A DNA stretch of 64,000 bases, from NCBI GenBank assembly GCA_001244265.2, contig CDLV01000010.1, positions 620,001 through 684,000 on the forward strand, in the 5' to 3' direction. This DNA is from Microbotryum violaceum. Its lineage: Eukaryota. Positions within the stretch are counted from its first letter, which is position 1; each line of letters begins with the position of its first letter. The position numbers and the translations under genes are program-made. Below the pieces are notes generated by a model that saw nothing but the letters and a program-made list of their open reading frames with translations, did not search any database and was not told where the DNA came from. Positions 39,855 through 50,913 of the stretch are shown piece by piece.

Positions 39855-41508
39855 TTACTTGTTGTTCTCGAGGGAGTAGACGGGAAGCTGTCCGTTTTCC
39901 GCCTTGGGATCATCCTGGTGAGTACCTTGCAGGGTCGGAGCAGCACTCTGGGTCGAGGAACTCGGCTCGGGCAACGGCGACTTGACATCCCCCGACGACT
40001 CGAACGCGGATCCGCCGAGATCTTTGAGGTGGACCGGACGGGTGTTCGCATTCGATGGGGCTCGAGGACGCAGTTGGCCAGTGATCGGTCCACCGCTACC
40101 GACGATCGGGGTCCCCGTCTCGGCGACAGTCGGGCCGAGCGGTACCCCCTCGATCTCCGTGATAGGATCCGTCGGCAACGGCGAGGCCGGGGGTGTGTAG
40201 TGGGGGCCGAGATCGACAGGCGTAGGCGATAGATTGATGCGCGTCGCACTAGAGGTGGACGCACTGCGCACGATCGCCGGCTGTTGGAAGGCGCCGCCAG
40301 AAGAAGAGGACGAGGTCGTCGCACCGGCAACGGCCATGAACGACTGCTCCGAGATCGACGGAGGGGAATGGGGCACACGTCGGGCAGGTACTGGCGGCGG
40401 TGTAATCTGAGCCGACAAAGTTGCGGGGGACTCGGGATCGACCGCGTTGAGCTGGTCGCCATGAGTCTCATGGAGTGATCCAGTTTCCTGGCGACCCAGC
40501 CATCGCGAGCCACCGGAGCTGAGCGTCGGCAGTGGAATCAAGGGGCGATCAGGACTCCAAGCTTTGAGAGCCTCGCCCAACTCGCCCTTGATTTGAGCTG
40601 TTCGTTCCTGGCCCTGATAATGGGGACCGAAGCCACTTTCGAACTCGCGTAAAAGTAGAGCGCCGTATCCCGCGATCATGGCCTGTTTTTCGCCGAGCTC
40701 CTTCTGTGCCTCGAACAAGAGGCCAAACGTCGCATGCAGTTGAGTCCGCTTAAGGCGTTCGGCTTCGAGTTCCTTGCTGTGGAGCTCTAGCTCGACCGCA
40801 TACAGGTCGGCTTGCAGTCTCGCGGCCTCCTCGGTGCTCCTCGCGGATGTCTTGTCCTTGATCGCCGCGAGTCGACGCTGAAGATTCTCTTGTTCGCGGC
40901 GCTTGGGCACGATCTCGTTGTTTTGGTGGTTGCGCAACTCCTTGAGGGGGATCCGGGCCTGTTCGACCCTCAGGGCGTGTGCAGCATTGAGCTCGGACGA
41001 TGCGAGCAGGACGTAGGCGAGTCGATCCGAGATGTCCACCACGTCGGCAGCCTGCTCAAAGTTTTCGTCTTGGCCCCAAAGATACTGTTGAAAAGGAAAC
41101 GTAGGGAAAATCCAAGACGCGCATGTCAGGGGCACAGCGGGTACAGTCGGACGATTCTCAGCCCCAAGTTGAAAACGCTTACAATGTGCTTCGAGTATAG
41201 CGCCAGCTCTCTTGCGAGTGCTTGTTCGTCCAAAACCACTCCGCGCTGTGCTTTGATGGCCATGTGCAGTCTCACCGTCTCGGCATGCTGGTTGATGGAC
41301 GCCGCTTGCTGTCGTCTGTTGCAGGGGGAAAACGAAATGCCGCGCGTCAGATCCACGTCAGCTTCCGTCGGCAATAAGCGCTCTCGCATCAAACCCACAA
41401 AGTGTGCTGGAATGATCCAACCCCAGTCGGTATCTGCGATGTCAGATTTCTGATGGAGCCAAGGAGCGCTGCTCCACGTGAGGTTCCTTTAGTGTCGTCT
41501 GCGATCAT
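39855..41508 (-). CDS. Pil1/Lsp1-like (eisosome BAR-domain) protein with Pro/Ser-rich tail, 3 exons
   Basis: YLWGQDE...DVVDISDRLAYVL, LKELRN..., LKR..L...F.A..ELGEKQAMIAGYG match the Pil1-family pattern. Upstream exons at 41508-~41399 and ~41323-41183. Confidence 0.8.
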
Positions 41509-42422
41509 GATCGAGGTTCGGGCCTAGTCACAGTGACTCGTGAGTAGCCAGGTGGGAATGGGAGGAAGCGACAGAACGAGTGGTCTGAGAGCAACGATAG
41601 AAACGAAGCGATCTCAGCATCCAAGCCAGCAGAAGTCCTCGCGCGTGTCTTGTGCTCGTCTCAACTCTTCACCAACTCACTGACGAAGTGACTCGACCAC
41701 GGTGCTGGGCTGGAGGGAAACAGATCGAGGTCGTACGCCGCCGCCGAGCGCCCCCGCCCCCGCACCGCCTCACAGCCGCTAGCTGGCCGGTTGCCAAAGG
41801 CGGCCAACGGGCGCGCCGAGCGAGTCGAAAGGCGAGTGCGGTGCGAATCACTCCCTCTTGCTAGAACCAACTATTCAGTCTCGCAACATCGCCTGTTGCT
41901 CGCTCGAAACTCCATTTTTTCTTGCTTTCCCGCCCGCCTCCCCGGTTTGCCTCCCCTTGCTTGCGCTGCCCCGCCGGTTTCTTCGCGGGGCCGTGTCGTG
42001 AGGAAATTCGCCCCCAAGCCCAAACCAAAGCCTTTTATTATACATTATTCAAGAGAGATCGGCACAAACGCCCAAACGTCGTTCAGTCGGAGACTGTCCG
42101 TCGTATTACTTGCAAAGCCGACACGAGACGCTCGACGAGCGACCAAGCGCCAGCCGCTCTACTGCCGCTAGGACCCGGGAAAGCTCAGCCCAATGTGCGT
42201 CTCGAAAAACAACGATATCAGGCTGATTTGTACATCGGGATAAGGTGTCTGAGGGGTCGATTTGTACCTATTCTGAGTCGTCCATTGGAAGATTTCGGGG
42301 AACAAATTTGTGGGAATTGCCCAAAAATCGCTCTCCAACAGCCAGGAATATGGAAAATCGCGGTCGCGTTTTGACGTTTTGACAGCCGGCAGCTCGGACA
42401 GGCCCGACCGATCGTCGGCTAT

Positions 42423-42718
42423 TTTTATGGTGCTGTGAATGTGAGGGCTGCAGATATCCAGTGGCTTCGACCTTACCTAAGTCTAAACCCTCTTTTCAAG
42501 AAACATTGGTTTTGTGTAGATAATCGAATATGTGAAATCAGGCTTGATACAACAAAAATCGGGACTCTCTGTCTTTTCTCTCTTCTCGGTTGTGGCTATT
42601 CTTTAAAACTATATAGGGTTGGTGGTTGGGGCGAGTCCCATTTTGTGGTTCTGTGAATGTAGTGCTGCATAGATCCAGTGGCTCTGACTTTGCACAAGTC
42701 TAAACCCCTGTTCAAGAA
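42423..42718. repeat. Diverged ~80-bp direct repeat pair (42423-42502 and 42641-42718)
   Basis: TTTT.TGGT.CTGTGAATGT...CTGCA..ATCCAGTGGCT...AAGTCTAAACCC...TTCAAGAA occurs twice. Confidence 0.8.
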
Positions 42719-45299
42719 GGATCAATAGCCGGAGGCATACCACCAATTCTCGAAAATCGTAACTTATGTCGAATGATGCGGGATCTCGAACACTGCGTCG
42801 TCTAGGGACAGGTGAATTCGTGATTCTGGAGGGACTGTTGTAGATGAAAAGTTGTCCTCTTGTCCCTCAACAAAGGCACACACGGAAGTGCGCAGAATGT
42901 AGGATGATCGCGACCGCAGTGGCACAAGGTGAGGATGGTCAGGGGCTATCAGGGGCGTCTAATGGCCTTTCGCCCACTTCCAGCGCCTTTCTGTATTCTT
43001 GCGGATGGCGTCTTGGTGCCAATGGGTTTTCACGCCCAATCTCCGATCCCTGTCGGGCTGACGCTGATCCCTTGAACTTGCAAGAGGCTTGACCGCAGAA
43101 CCAACAGTGCCGCATTACTTTCCCGGTGACTGCGCTCACTGAACTGCCACTGATAGCAATCCCTGCACACGGACCATTGTTGCTTGTGTCCATCGCCCCG
43201 GATGGGCGGATGAATGATGTTTGAGGATTGGACGCTTCGACCTCTGCATCCGTGAGCATCCCCGAGACCGGAGTTTTGTGGTCGAGCAACGGCTTGTCGG
43301 GCGGCGGGCTGACATTGCGACCGCGGGAGGGGTCGGTGATCATCGCTTGGGTCGCTTTGACGTCGTTCTCGGCCATATTCAATGTGGCTAAATACTCAGT
43401 CTGCCATCGCAGAGTCGTAGAACGCTTGAAGGACTTGAGAGTTTGGCACGTGTCCGCAATTGCCCGTTGGATCTTCCCAGTCTCCAAAATCGAGATAAAC
43501 GTAAGTTGAGTTCGAGTCGCGCGATGGGTTCCGCGACTCGATTGCCGATCGATAGTCCAACTCGAGCCAGTCACCAGCTGCACGATGAGCTGTGACCAAG
43601 ACGTGCGCGTATTGCTTCGATCCGAAGCCGCGTTGGAGATTTGCCCGCATGCTATTCCAGACGACTGAGGTGGTTGCGCAGCGATGTGAAAGGTGGAAAG
43701 GGAACATCAACCCAAGCGAGGATGACACTTGATTGAGCACCTCGGGCGACCAAGACCGATACTTCTTGTTAAATTTCTTTTTGTTGCATCGATATGAGAC
43801 GCCGATGAGGAACACTGACTTGTTGAGGTCGCATGCCCGGCGAGGCCGATTGATAAAGCCGTCTCGCCGTAAGACGCCTTTTTTCAGAGTCGATTCCGTT
43901 TGCTGGAAGCTATCGCACTTCAGTCCGATTCCCGCCGGAACATATTCTGGTTGACCCATCAATAGCAGCGGATCCCAATAAACATGACGGATCGAAGATC
44001 TGGATCTTATTGCGAGAGCGTCGAGTGTCGTAATATCGAGCGCACACAGTTTTGGTCGGAAGCCAACCATGCAGCAATTGGTGAAACGGCTTGGTGGAAT
44101 GATTCATCCCGGATCCATTAGCGCTTTTTATCATCTCGCGTTTGGAATTGTAGAGCTCTGTAAGTCATTTGGGATGTTCCCACCGGCCTTCGCCCTTGGC
44201 GGAGACGACCCCGTCGTCCTCATCGCCATCGAACGGATCACCCTCCATCACATAAATCTCATCGGCATCGATGATTAGTTCGCCGAGAGAAGTAGTCCGT
44301 GGGCGTGTGAGTCGGGGTTTGACAATCGATTCACTCGGGGTTGACTTTGGAATTGAGTCAACAGACTCGGGGCCGCTGGGGACTGCCGAGCTCGCCGATT
44401 CCGGCATCGAGGGCAGACTGGGGTCGGTCGAGTGCGAGGCACCGGATCCGGAAGGCACGGCGAACGAAGGGTTTGAAGCTGAAGACGAACTTGAACTGGA
44501 TGCTTGCGCAAAGCTGAAAGTTGTCTTTCTCCGGAGTTGACAGCCATTGATATGCGTAAGACTTCGTGCGGGACACAGGTCTACGCAACTCACGGTGTAC
44601 GTTTTTGCAGGGGGAAACTGCGAGGGTGGAATATTAAAATAACCCCGGGTCAGCCCGAAATGGAACAGGATGGAAGGTTCGTCATCACACTAGGCTGCCA
44701 CACATCGAGCTTGAACAACTGACCAGCATCCTCTGAGTCTGCTCGTCCAAGACGATCTGGCGCTGTGGGGCTCCACTTCCAGCCCGATTCGTTTCGCCTC
44801 CTCTCGTTACCTTGCTTGTTCTTCATCTTGTCGTTTCTTCGCCGCTTTCTCTTCTGCTATCGCTTCTGCTTGTTTTGCCTGGGTTTTGACCGTCTTCTCC
44901 TTCTCCTTGTCTGTCTTTTTCGGACGACCCTGAGCTCGTTTCGGTGCAGGTGCGGATGCAGGTGGAGGATTGGGTGGTCGGCCGAGTGGCTTTTTGCCTA
45001 GCTGGTTGACCGCACTTGGTGCCGAATCCTGCCTATCAATTGAAATCTCGTTAATGCGACGCTTGTCGGCCCGAGATGGGGTTGCACTGTCGGGAGTGTC
45101 GCGACTGTAACCGATCCCGCTGCCCTGGCTTGATGTTGAGGCTGGCGGAGAAGAGGTAGCGGCAGCGACAGAGCCGGTTCGGTTCCAGTTTACAGAATGA
45201 GAGTGCCAGCTGCGTGTTGTTGCATGCAATGCATTGCACAAAAGGCAAGAAATACAAGAACGGACGACACGCTCCAGCTCGCGCCGCGTGCCAGCCAGC

Positions 45300-45610
45300 C
45301 TGCGCCAACTCAGGCCCATTGCGCTAACCTCCGATTGCGCTAACCTCGAGGGATTTGGCGCAGAGAGGTTAGCGCAACCGAGTGCGCTAACCGCCCCACC
45401 TTTCCGGGGCGGTACCGGTGCTGGGGGGTGCGCTTGCGCTAACTCGCGCGCGCCAAACTGAGCTGGCGCAATTGAGTAGCGCACTTGAGTTGGCGCAGTC
45501 GAGCGCCCGAGTTAGCGCACTTGAGTTAGCCCACTGCGCGCGCGTGAGTTGGCGCAGCGTCTTGAGTTGGCGCACTTGAGTTAGCGCACTGAGTCGGCGC
45601 AATCAGGCGC
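45300..45610. repeat. Array of ~11-bp TGCGC(C/T)AACTC / GAGTT(G/A)GCGCA motifs in both orientations
   Basis: The left half has mostly TGCGCYAACY copies and the right half GAGTTRGCGCA copies. Confidence 0.8.
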
Positions 45611-46207
45611 GCCGCGTACCCCCTTGTCTTCATGCTGCAACGTGCCATATCCTACGATGCAACTGCTGTCACGCTCTTTTCGGAAACGAAGCGCCGATAA
45701 CACGGACGACAGAATGAAGCAGCTGGCAAAGCTATCTGGGCCAAGGCTGCAACAAGCAAAGGTGAGTTACTACGGACATGCGCCAGTCCTGGCGCCGGGG
45801 CTGGAGCTGATTACTACCTCTCTATATATAAAAAGGTGAGTTAAGGAATGTACCTAAAATCGCTGTTTTGAACTAGGTTGGCCGCCTGTGGTGGATGTAC
45901 CAGCATACTGTTGTGTCTGCCGCACCTGCCTGTGGTGTCCATGTTCCGATCAGAAGTCATGTACAAGCGCTGTGGTGACTTTTGTATTTTCCGCGCCGTT
46001 CCAACGAAGCTACAGCGCTCCCAGTATTTTCCTTCTTTTTTTCGCTCACATAAAACAATGCTTCCACTCATATTGCATTTAATGAACCGCAAGCGCGTGG
46101 CTTTGCATGATATTGCTTCTACAGCAGAGCTCTGCCTGACGTGCGAGGCGAGGGCTGGCGTTTGTCACGTGATGCGGTGCGCCGGCGGTGGAGTGTCATT
46201 CCGGCAG

Positions 46208-46284
46208 TCGACCAGCGGCATTAGGGGCTGAACAACCAATTTGCCCGTATGGCATTCGACCAGCGGCATTAGGGGCTGAACAAC
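46208..46284. repeat. Perfect 29-bp direct repeat, period 48 bp
   Basis: TCGACCAGCGGCATTAGGGGCTGAACAAC at 46208-46236 and 46256-46284. Confidence 0.9.
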
Positions 46285-48419
46285 AAATCAAACCACGTAA
46301 ATAATCCTGCGCCACTCCCTCGAACCTTTCCTTTCTCCCTCCCACTCTCATCCAATTTTAGTGACACTCATTCAAGAACAAACCCTCGCTGCTATGTCCC
46401 GGTCCCAAGGTCGCCAGGGACTCAGGGAGGGCCATCGCAACCTCGCCAAGTCTTGGGCGCGAGGGTAGCGCCGTACCATGGGCTACCATGGGCCTGCTCG
46501 AGCGCCCGCTGCTGGGCGCCCCTCGGCTCGACCCTCCTCTTCGTCCCGCTCCGATCAACAGAATCAGCCCCCCGGCGCGTCATGACAACAATTTAACCGA
46601 TCTTGGCATTGCGACACGTATACGAGCCCGCCGTGCAGCTGTGCAGAACGGACAGCGTGGTCAGCGCGATGGCCAACTCGACGCTGGGCTCGCCCCACCA
46701 CCACCTCCTCCGCAAAGGCGAGTGCGCCGGGCTCGAATCGCGCTCAAACCCCTCAAGCCCCACGTTTTCGCAGGGCAAGGTGCAGCTACCTCCCCCTCCC
46801 CAGCCCAATCTCGAGTATCGGCGGCTTCTTGAAGGCTCGATAGCGGTCAGTTGCTCCGTCCAACAACATTCGTCTGCAGTAGACCCACATGCTGAACTGT
46901 TCTACCCACCCACACAGAAGCGGTTGCATTCCGCGAGAATGCCCGGTCGTACAACAACGCGTTGTCCTTTACTTCGCTCGCTGCCCACTGGGACCAAACC
47001 CAAGTGGGCACTCTAGGACCTCCCGTGTTTCGCGTGTTCGGCCGCCTCTATCATTGACTCGGTGCCCTGGTCCCTGCCGTGAATCAACGCCCAGCCTTTG
47101 CCCAGACATGGCTGATCGACTCGGCCGAGGCCACCGACACTCGACTTGAACCCGACGGCGCAGACAGTCACATGCAACGATCTACTTTGACCAAGCTCGA
47201 GTCCATGTTGCGTACCAAGAATCACTTTGTGAGGGAGTTCGCATCGGCCAAACCTCGCGCAGGTTGGGATACGGCCAAAGAGTGGATCCTGCGCCTCTGC
47301 CTCCCGCCAGGCCGGGACCGACGCACCCACAACCCTCCTACATCGAGCACGGAAATGGCGATGTTTATCTGCGATTCCGACACCAACACGGGAGATCGTG
47401 GACCGCAAGACCTTATTCTCCAGGTGCACGGTGATCGATGTCCCGATGGTCGGCCCAAGTACCAAATCGTTAGCTCGCTCCATCCGTCCGCGATGCCTCT
47501 CCGTTACCCACTACTTTTTCCTGCAGGGGAAGATGGCTTCCACCCCAACATTCCTCTTTGCGGGTTCCACCAAGCCAGGCCGCCAATCGCTAGAAACTGA
47601 GAGCAGATCGACGATGGTGTCCAATTGCGCGAGGTACTTGCCGGTCTCGGTTTGGATGACGAAGACGAACAGGAGGACGAAGACCGCGACAATGAGGATG
47701 AAGATGGCGAGAAAGGGACGAAGAGGATGGTGATAGCGAACGTACGCGTCTTCGGCTCTTTCTCTGATGTTCCATTCTGCCGAAGGCGCAAGCACAGACT
47801 GACATTGAACTTTTGAACACCTAGGACGAAGGTCAAGTAAAGGGGTCGAGGTGGCGAGTCTCGCGTTCACAATTCTTTGCGCACTACTTGCCAAACGCGA
47901 CGAGCACTTCTCAATCCCGCATTGCACCCAACGTCCCTTCCTGGATTTCGTGAATTACGGATGTGCTCCCAAGTCAAGACCGATTGACTCAACATATCCG
48001 GTTACATCAAGAGAACCTACGCCTCACCACGACCCAAGGCATCAACGGCTTGACCCCGAACCAAATCGCGACATCACGCAGCGATACCGGGATGCGGTGG
48101 CGTGCGTTGTCAAACATGGAAAGCCTCCGCTGCTCATCACGATGACGTACGACCCCGACTCACCGGAAATCAAGGCTGCACTGGGGCCGTTAAAGCATGC
48201 AACCCTCCGGATCTCATTGCACGAGTGTTTGAAGCCAAGTCCGGCAACAAGCGACATGCAGGCTGTTTCGGCAATGAATGTAAGATGAATGGATTTTGTT
48301 TCTTTGCTGTATTTCGTATTGTGTTTTCTTAACCTCTGCGCTGATATCATGTAGACTGTTCGATTATCCTGCTATTTTTTGAATATCATCCTCCCGTTAA
48401 TTTAACGGGTTCCCACTGG
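46208..48419 (+). mobile_element. Degenerate Helitron (Rep region remnants, helicase absent, 3' end intact; 5' end uncertain)
   Basis: GKVQLPP, PAFAQ.W.ID, N.FVREF, HNPPT..EMA, HPSAMPLRYPLLFP.GEDGFH and RYRDA.A.V...GKPPLLITMT.DP..PEI. 3' palindrome CCCGTTAA-T-TTAACGGG (48393-48409) followed by CTGG (48416-48419) and then T. Confidence 0.88.
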
Positions 48420-50328
48420 TGTATGTATCTCAAACTATCCCCTTTCACTAGTCCCTTCCTCAGACGATACCGCTGTGCGGATTTTAATCGATTTCTGGCA
48501 TTTCTTTGACCGGATCTATGTGTCCAAAAAACATGGCGCTGCCAAAGCCTTTGCTCGCGCCTTCTCCGATGCGGTTTTCATCCCGAATGCGGATGATCGA
48601 CTCCTGATAAAGGCTCGCCTAGCAAAACTCGGAATGACGTGGGAAGAAGCGGTCCGTTCGCCGGTATGGAATAAGAAGCTTTGGAGACGCGTTCGTCGAT
48701 GGATCCCTCCGCCAGGCATTCTCGAGCCTTTGGTCCGGGAGGTCTTTGAGAAGCTCGGTCGATGCGAAGTCGAAGCAACCTCTTTTCAACAAAGCGGCGC
48801 ACGAGGCAGCGAAGAGAGGTCTTGAGGCGATTCGGAAAGGCCAAGTATCGGATCCAGTTGGCATCGAGCTGTACACCGACCTTGGGCCTTGCGGAGGGCC
48901 AGATGGAAAGGCGGATGACGGTGTCCGTTTATATTCCTGCCAGCGCGACACCAACAGTCTCGAAGGAGGCATCCATCGGAACCTTCGCCAACGGTTTCCA
49001 AAGTCTGGTGTTCTCCGTGCCATGTCAATGCGTGCACGGCTGACTACGTGCTAGTGCACAATCTCACGGTCAGTCCAACTCCACCATCGCAATTCGAAGA
49101 AGCGGCAACCATTCTCACCCATTATCCCTTGTATTCGCAAGTTGGGACGTTCAATCGTACCGGAAAACCATTTGTGGGGCACTACGACCTCTGGCTCACT
49201 GTGGAATTACATCGTCTGAGGCGCAAAACCCCGGCATTTTTCCCACGGCACTCAGCCACCGTGTCAGATATAGTCAACCCGCTGGTCTACACCCCATCCA
49301 CCGAGACATTCGGCATCGTGCTTGTTGTTCAGTCGCCAACAGCGCAAATGCGCTTTTTGATCGAGCCCTATCAAGTCGAGCGCGGGACTCTGCGTTTGGA
49401 GCCCGTCAAGTGGTCGCCGTGGAACTTGCTGCAAAACAATACGCCGGCGATACAGCATATGCAAAGCCGGCTGCCAACCGATCGCAAGCTTCGCCACGAC
49501 TGGCTAGCGGAACGTCAGGGTACTCGATTCGCTGTATTGTATGTCCATACACCCAGCGAACGAGCGCTATACAGATATATCTCGAGCAAGGTACGACTGG
49601 GAGCTCCTCAAAATCTTCGGATATTCGAGATTACCGAGCTTTGAAACAAGTATGCCAACGGAATAGACATTTTTACAAAGTATGTCACGTCTGTGTCGCA
49701 CTGAATGGTAACGCTGAGCTGAAGCGCAATTATCACACAGACGCCAGAGCACATCAATACATGGGCACCGAGATGGTCATCGCTGGCAAATGCTCAAGCC
49801 ACAATGAACATGGGTGGGAACGACGTCAGAGTGATTCAAGCTTTGTTTGCCGACCCCTCCCGCGGTCGTGATGTTAGCATGCTAGCGGCTAAGCCATTAC
49901 TCGGTCACAAACCGCCTGTCTTGGGGAGGCTTACAGAAGTAGAAGTCGATTTCTCGGATCCTTCAACGTCATCCATCCGCGCCTTTGTTGCAACTGCCTC
50001 GAGCGCTGGTTCGAGCGCGGACTTGGGCACGAGCAGCGCTTTGACGCGCGCGGGTACCACAAAAGGGGCAAGCCACTGTCGATTATGTGGACAAACTACT
50101 TGTCGACGCAAGGGGTCAAAACTAAGCGATGACGGATCGGTGACTGAGTGTGACGGGGCGTGCTTGGACTGCGGGAAGCCTTTCGGGCTGACAGACGAGA
50201 TGGATCCGAACGACCCACAATCACGAAGGTTCTGTAGAGGACTGACAAGGGCTGAGATGAATGGCCGAGCTTGGCAACAAAAGAAGTGTCACAACTATGT
50301 AGCTGTATATAATACCTGCTTAATATGA
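48420..50328 (+). mobile_element. Dada-like DDE transposase pseudogene (copy B: catalytic core plus Cys-rich C-terminus, N-terminus missing)
   Basis: RILIDFWHFF (DxxH), HG...FARAFSDA.F, WRRVRRWIPPP, PLFN, GQVSDP.G..LY, YSCQRDTNSLEGGIH, HNL|VGTFNRTG..F.GHYD.WL, LAERQGTRFAVL.VHT and HCRLCGQTTC..C..C..C. Disrupted by a frameshift (~48770) and a premature stop (~49052). Confidence 0.75.
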
Positions 50329-50359
50329 AGTATGTTGTCAAAATGACTTGTTCCGTACC

Positions 50360-50465
50360 ACTTCCTCTCTTTCTCCGTTTTCACCTCCCCTCCCTCTTCT
50401 TCTTTCTCCAAGTTCTTTTTCTTCCCCTCCATCTTCTCCTTTCCCCCTTTTTTCTCTTTCCCTCT

Positions 50466-50502
<37 letters not shown>

Positions 50503-50626
50503 CTTCCCCTCTTTTTCTATGAGGTATGAGTATGAGGCGCCGGGTATGAGACGCCGGAGCTAACACGAGTTTCGCGCAAAAAAAAAAAAAAAAAAAAAAA
50601 AAGAGAGAAGAAAAAAACAATAAAAA
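50360..50626. repeat. Polypyrimidine tract, T35 (50468-50502) and A25 (50578-50602) runs
   Basis: Directly visible; the 75-bp spacer contains repeated TATGAG. Confidence 0.9.
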
Positions 50627-50913
50627 ATGACAGCACAGCACAGTCATGCCGCAAGGTCGTCCGTCATGACCCATGGCATGGCATGACTTCCCTCCAATCC
50701 AGGGGACAGAAAAAGCTCTCTTGAATCTCATTTGTAGCCATCAGCTCTTCTGCACCCACCTAGCTGAGCCTGCTGCTGTTACTGCTGCAGCGCTGCTTGA
50801 CCCTGAGGCCTGAGGCCCGCACCCTCCCGCACGCAGCGCCCAGGCAACCGCCTCGAGTTCGGCCTGGATTTGCCTCTTTTCCTCCTGCCACTCTCTTCCC
50901 CTCGCCTCTCCTA

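Larger units (their letters stand above)
42423..45623 (-). mobile_element. Internally deleted Dada-like DNA transposon remnant (copy A: AT-hook and DUF6729-like N-terminus fused to Cys-rich C-terminus); ends approximate
   Basis: ORF 43396-44070 has WDP, C..., PRR..DL...FLIG.SYRC, YRSWSPEVL.Q and FPFHLSHR. ORF 44807-45484 has GRP AT-hook-like motifs. ORF 42939-43583 has DPSRGR..P...HK.P..G.LT and HCWFCGQASCK.KGS, paralogous to copy B. Confidence 0.7.

Noticed and set aside
45815-45840. TCTCTATATATAAAAAG as the Helitron 5' end
   Set aside because: It is not preceded by the expected A and sits between intron-like signals, so it cannot be supported.
45300-46284. CRISPR-like repeat-spacer array
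   Set aside because: Eukaryotic context, irregular spacing, only two copies of the 29-bp repeat and no cas genes.
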